From Methanocaldococcus jannaschii DSM 2661 (GTDB lineage: Archaea; AGJL01; Methanococci; Methanococcales; Methanocaldococcaceae), in NCBI RefSeq assembly GCF_000091665.1, contig NC_000909.1, forward strand, positions 706,049 through 730,710: 24,662 nucleotides of DNA, written 5' to 3'. Positions within the stretch are counted from its first letter, which is position 1. Each line of letters begins with the position of its first letter. Below the pieces are notes generated by a model, which worked only from the letters and a program-made list of their open reading frames with translations, ran no database searches and had not been told where the DNA came from. Shown here piece after piece: positions 24,100 to 24,662 of the stretch. Both the position numbers and the translations under genes were made by a program.

Positions 24100-24624
24100 A
24101 TGATTATTTATAAAGAAATAGCTAAGCTAAATAAAACATTTCCTTTATTGAATGAGGAAAAGATACTCTTAGGAACTGACGGAAGTGTAACAAACATCTT
24201 AGAAATTTTATTTGAAGGGGAGTGTAGAGTAGAGACAATTAACCAAAAAATTGTTGCTAACACAAACTATAGAGAGGTTATTCTCAAAGTCAATAATATA
24301 CCTTTAGTTTATGCAGTATCAAAAACACCATTTAAAAATATTGAGGAAGAGAACCTTAGAGAGGAGATAAAGAGAGATTTACTATCTGCAGATATTCCCA
24401 TAGGTAAAATTATAAGAAAACACAACTTAGAAACAAGGAGAGAGATTAAATATATAGGAATTGCTGAAATTGATGATTATTTAAAATCACTTTTAAAAAC
24501 AAATTATAGTAGATTACCAAAAAGAACATATAATATAATATATAAAAATAAAGTATTGATGGAAATTACTGAGATATTTGCCGTTAGAGGAAAGTTAGTA
24601 AAAAATACTTACAGTATAGATTAA
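24100..24624 (+). CDS. Chorismate-lyase-fold (UbiC/DUF98-like) protein
   Basis: LLGTDGSVTNILE resembles the conserved GS(L/V)T motif near the N-terminus of UbiC/DUF98 proteins. About 175 aa from ATG 24100; the ORF track begins at TTG 24070. Confidence 0.5.
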   Translation: MIIYKEIAKLNKTFPLLNEEKILLGTDGSVTNILEILFEGECRVETINQKIVANTNYREVILKVNNIPLVYAVSKTPFKNIEEENLREEIKRDLLSADIPIGKIIRKHNLETRREIKYIGIAEIDDYLKSLLKTNYSRLPKRTYNIIYKNKVLMEITEIFAVRGKLVKNTYSID

Positions 24625-24662
24625 GAGGCATTGCTTCCTTACGGAAGCAATGCATCCATTTT
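24623..24662 (+). repeat. GC-rich element, short copy: AAGAGGCAT..., an 11-bp hairpin, then ATCCATTTT. Overlaps the stop codon at 24622-24624 and runs to the window edge
   Basis: Hairpin GCATTGCTTCC-TTAC-GGAAGCAATGC (24628-24653). The final 16 nt GCAATGCATCCATTTT are identical to 4661-4676, and the first 9 nt AAGAGGCAT are identical to 4585-4593. Terminator-like (hairpin plus T-run). Truncated by the window end. Confidence 0.6.

Noticed and set aside
1-24662. Search for CRISPR arrays, tRNA/rRNA genes, IS elements, integrases or prophage or defence-island hallmarks
   Set aside because: I saw no regularly spaced direct repeats. There is no tRNA-like GC-rich cloverleaf segment or conserved T-arm sequence, and no transposase- or integrase-like ORF. 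The only accessory-looking content is the small TA-like pair and the multi-paralog ATPase.

Overview
This is an AT-rich, densely coding segment of a hyperthermophilic methanogen chromosome. From memory of the protein sequences (the [Fe]-hydrogenase Hmd and the structurally studied ABC ATPase MJ0796), it matches or closely resembles Methanocaldococcus jannaschii around loci MJ0783-MJ0807. That assignment is recollection, not a database search.

Gene content, left to right:
- a cyclase-like hydrolase;
- an hmd / hcgA / two unknown genes / hcgG-like cluster ([Fe]-hydrogenase and FeGP-cofactor maturation);
- a small accessory islet holding a frameshifted DUF4258-like gene, a DUF2283-like gene and a YdjM-like membrane hydrolase;
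- argH, on the minus strand;
- a long co-directional array (9462-20127). It starts with a small signal-peptide-bearing Gly/Ala-rich protein, then polytopic membrane proteins (SpoIIM/DUF95-like, Yip1-like), a CARDB/S-layer-like surface protein and a MacB/LolD-type ABC transporter. It ends with a TPR protein, a PurM-like protein, a BcrA/BadF-type ATPase and an archaeal P-loop ATPase;
- a conserved cytosolic protein (possibly methanogenesis marker 17), a membrane protein, a radical SAM plus coupled partner pair, an M24 Xaa-Pro peptidase on the minus strand, and a chorismate-lyase-fold protein.

I found no tRNA, rRNA, CRISPR array or IS element.

The most interesting non-coding signals are:
- a textbook kink-turn (box C/D-like) hairpin plus a Shine-Dalgarno (SD)-sequestering hairpin in the leader of the small-protein gene;
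- a two-copy GC-rich element with conserved termini, sitting just after two stop codons;
- three 11-mers phased at exactly 21 bp between the hmd TATA box and start codon.

Several ORF-track N-termini (GTG/TTG starts) are probably over-extended, because internal ATGs are preceded by GGTGA-type SD motifs. Two genes look frameshifted.
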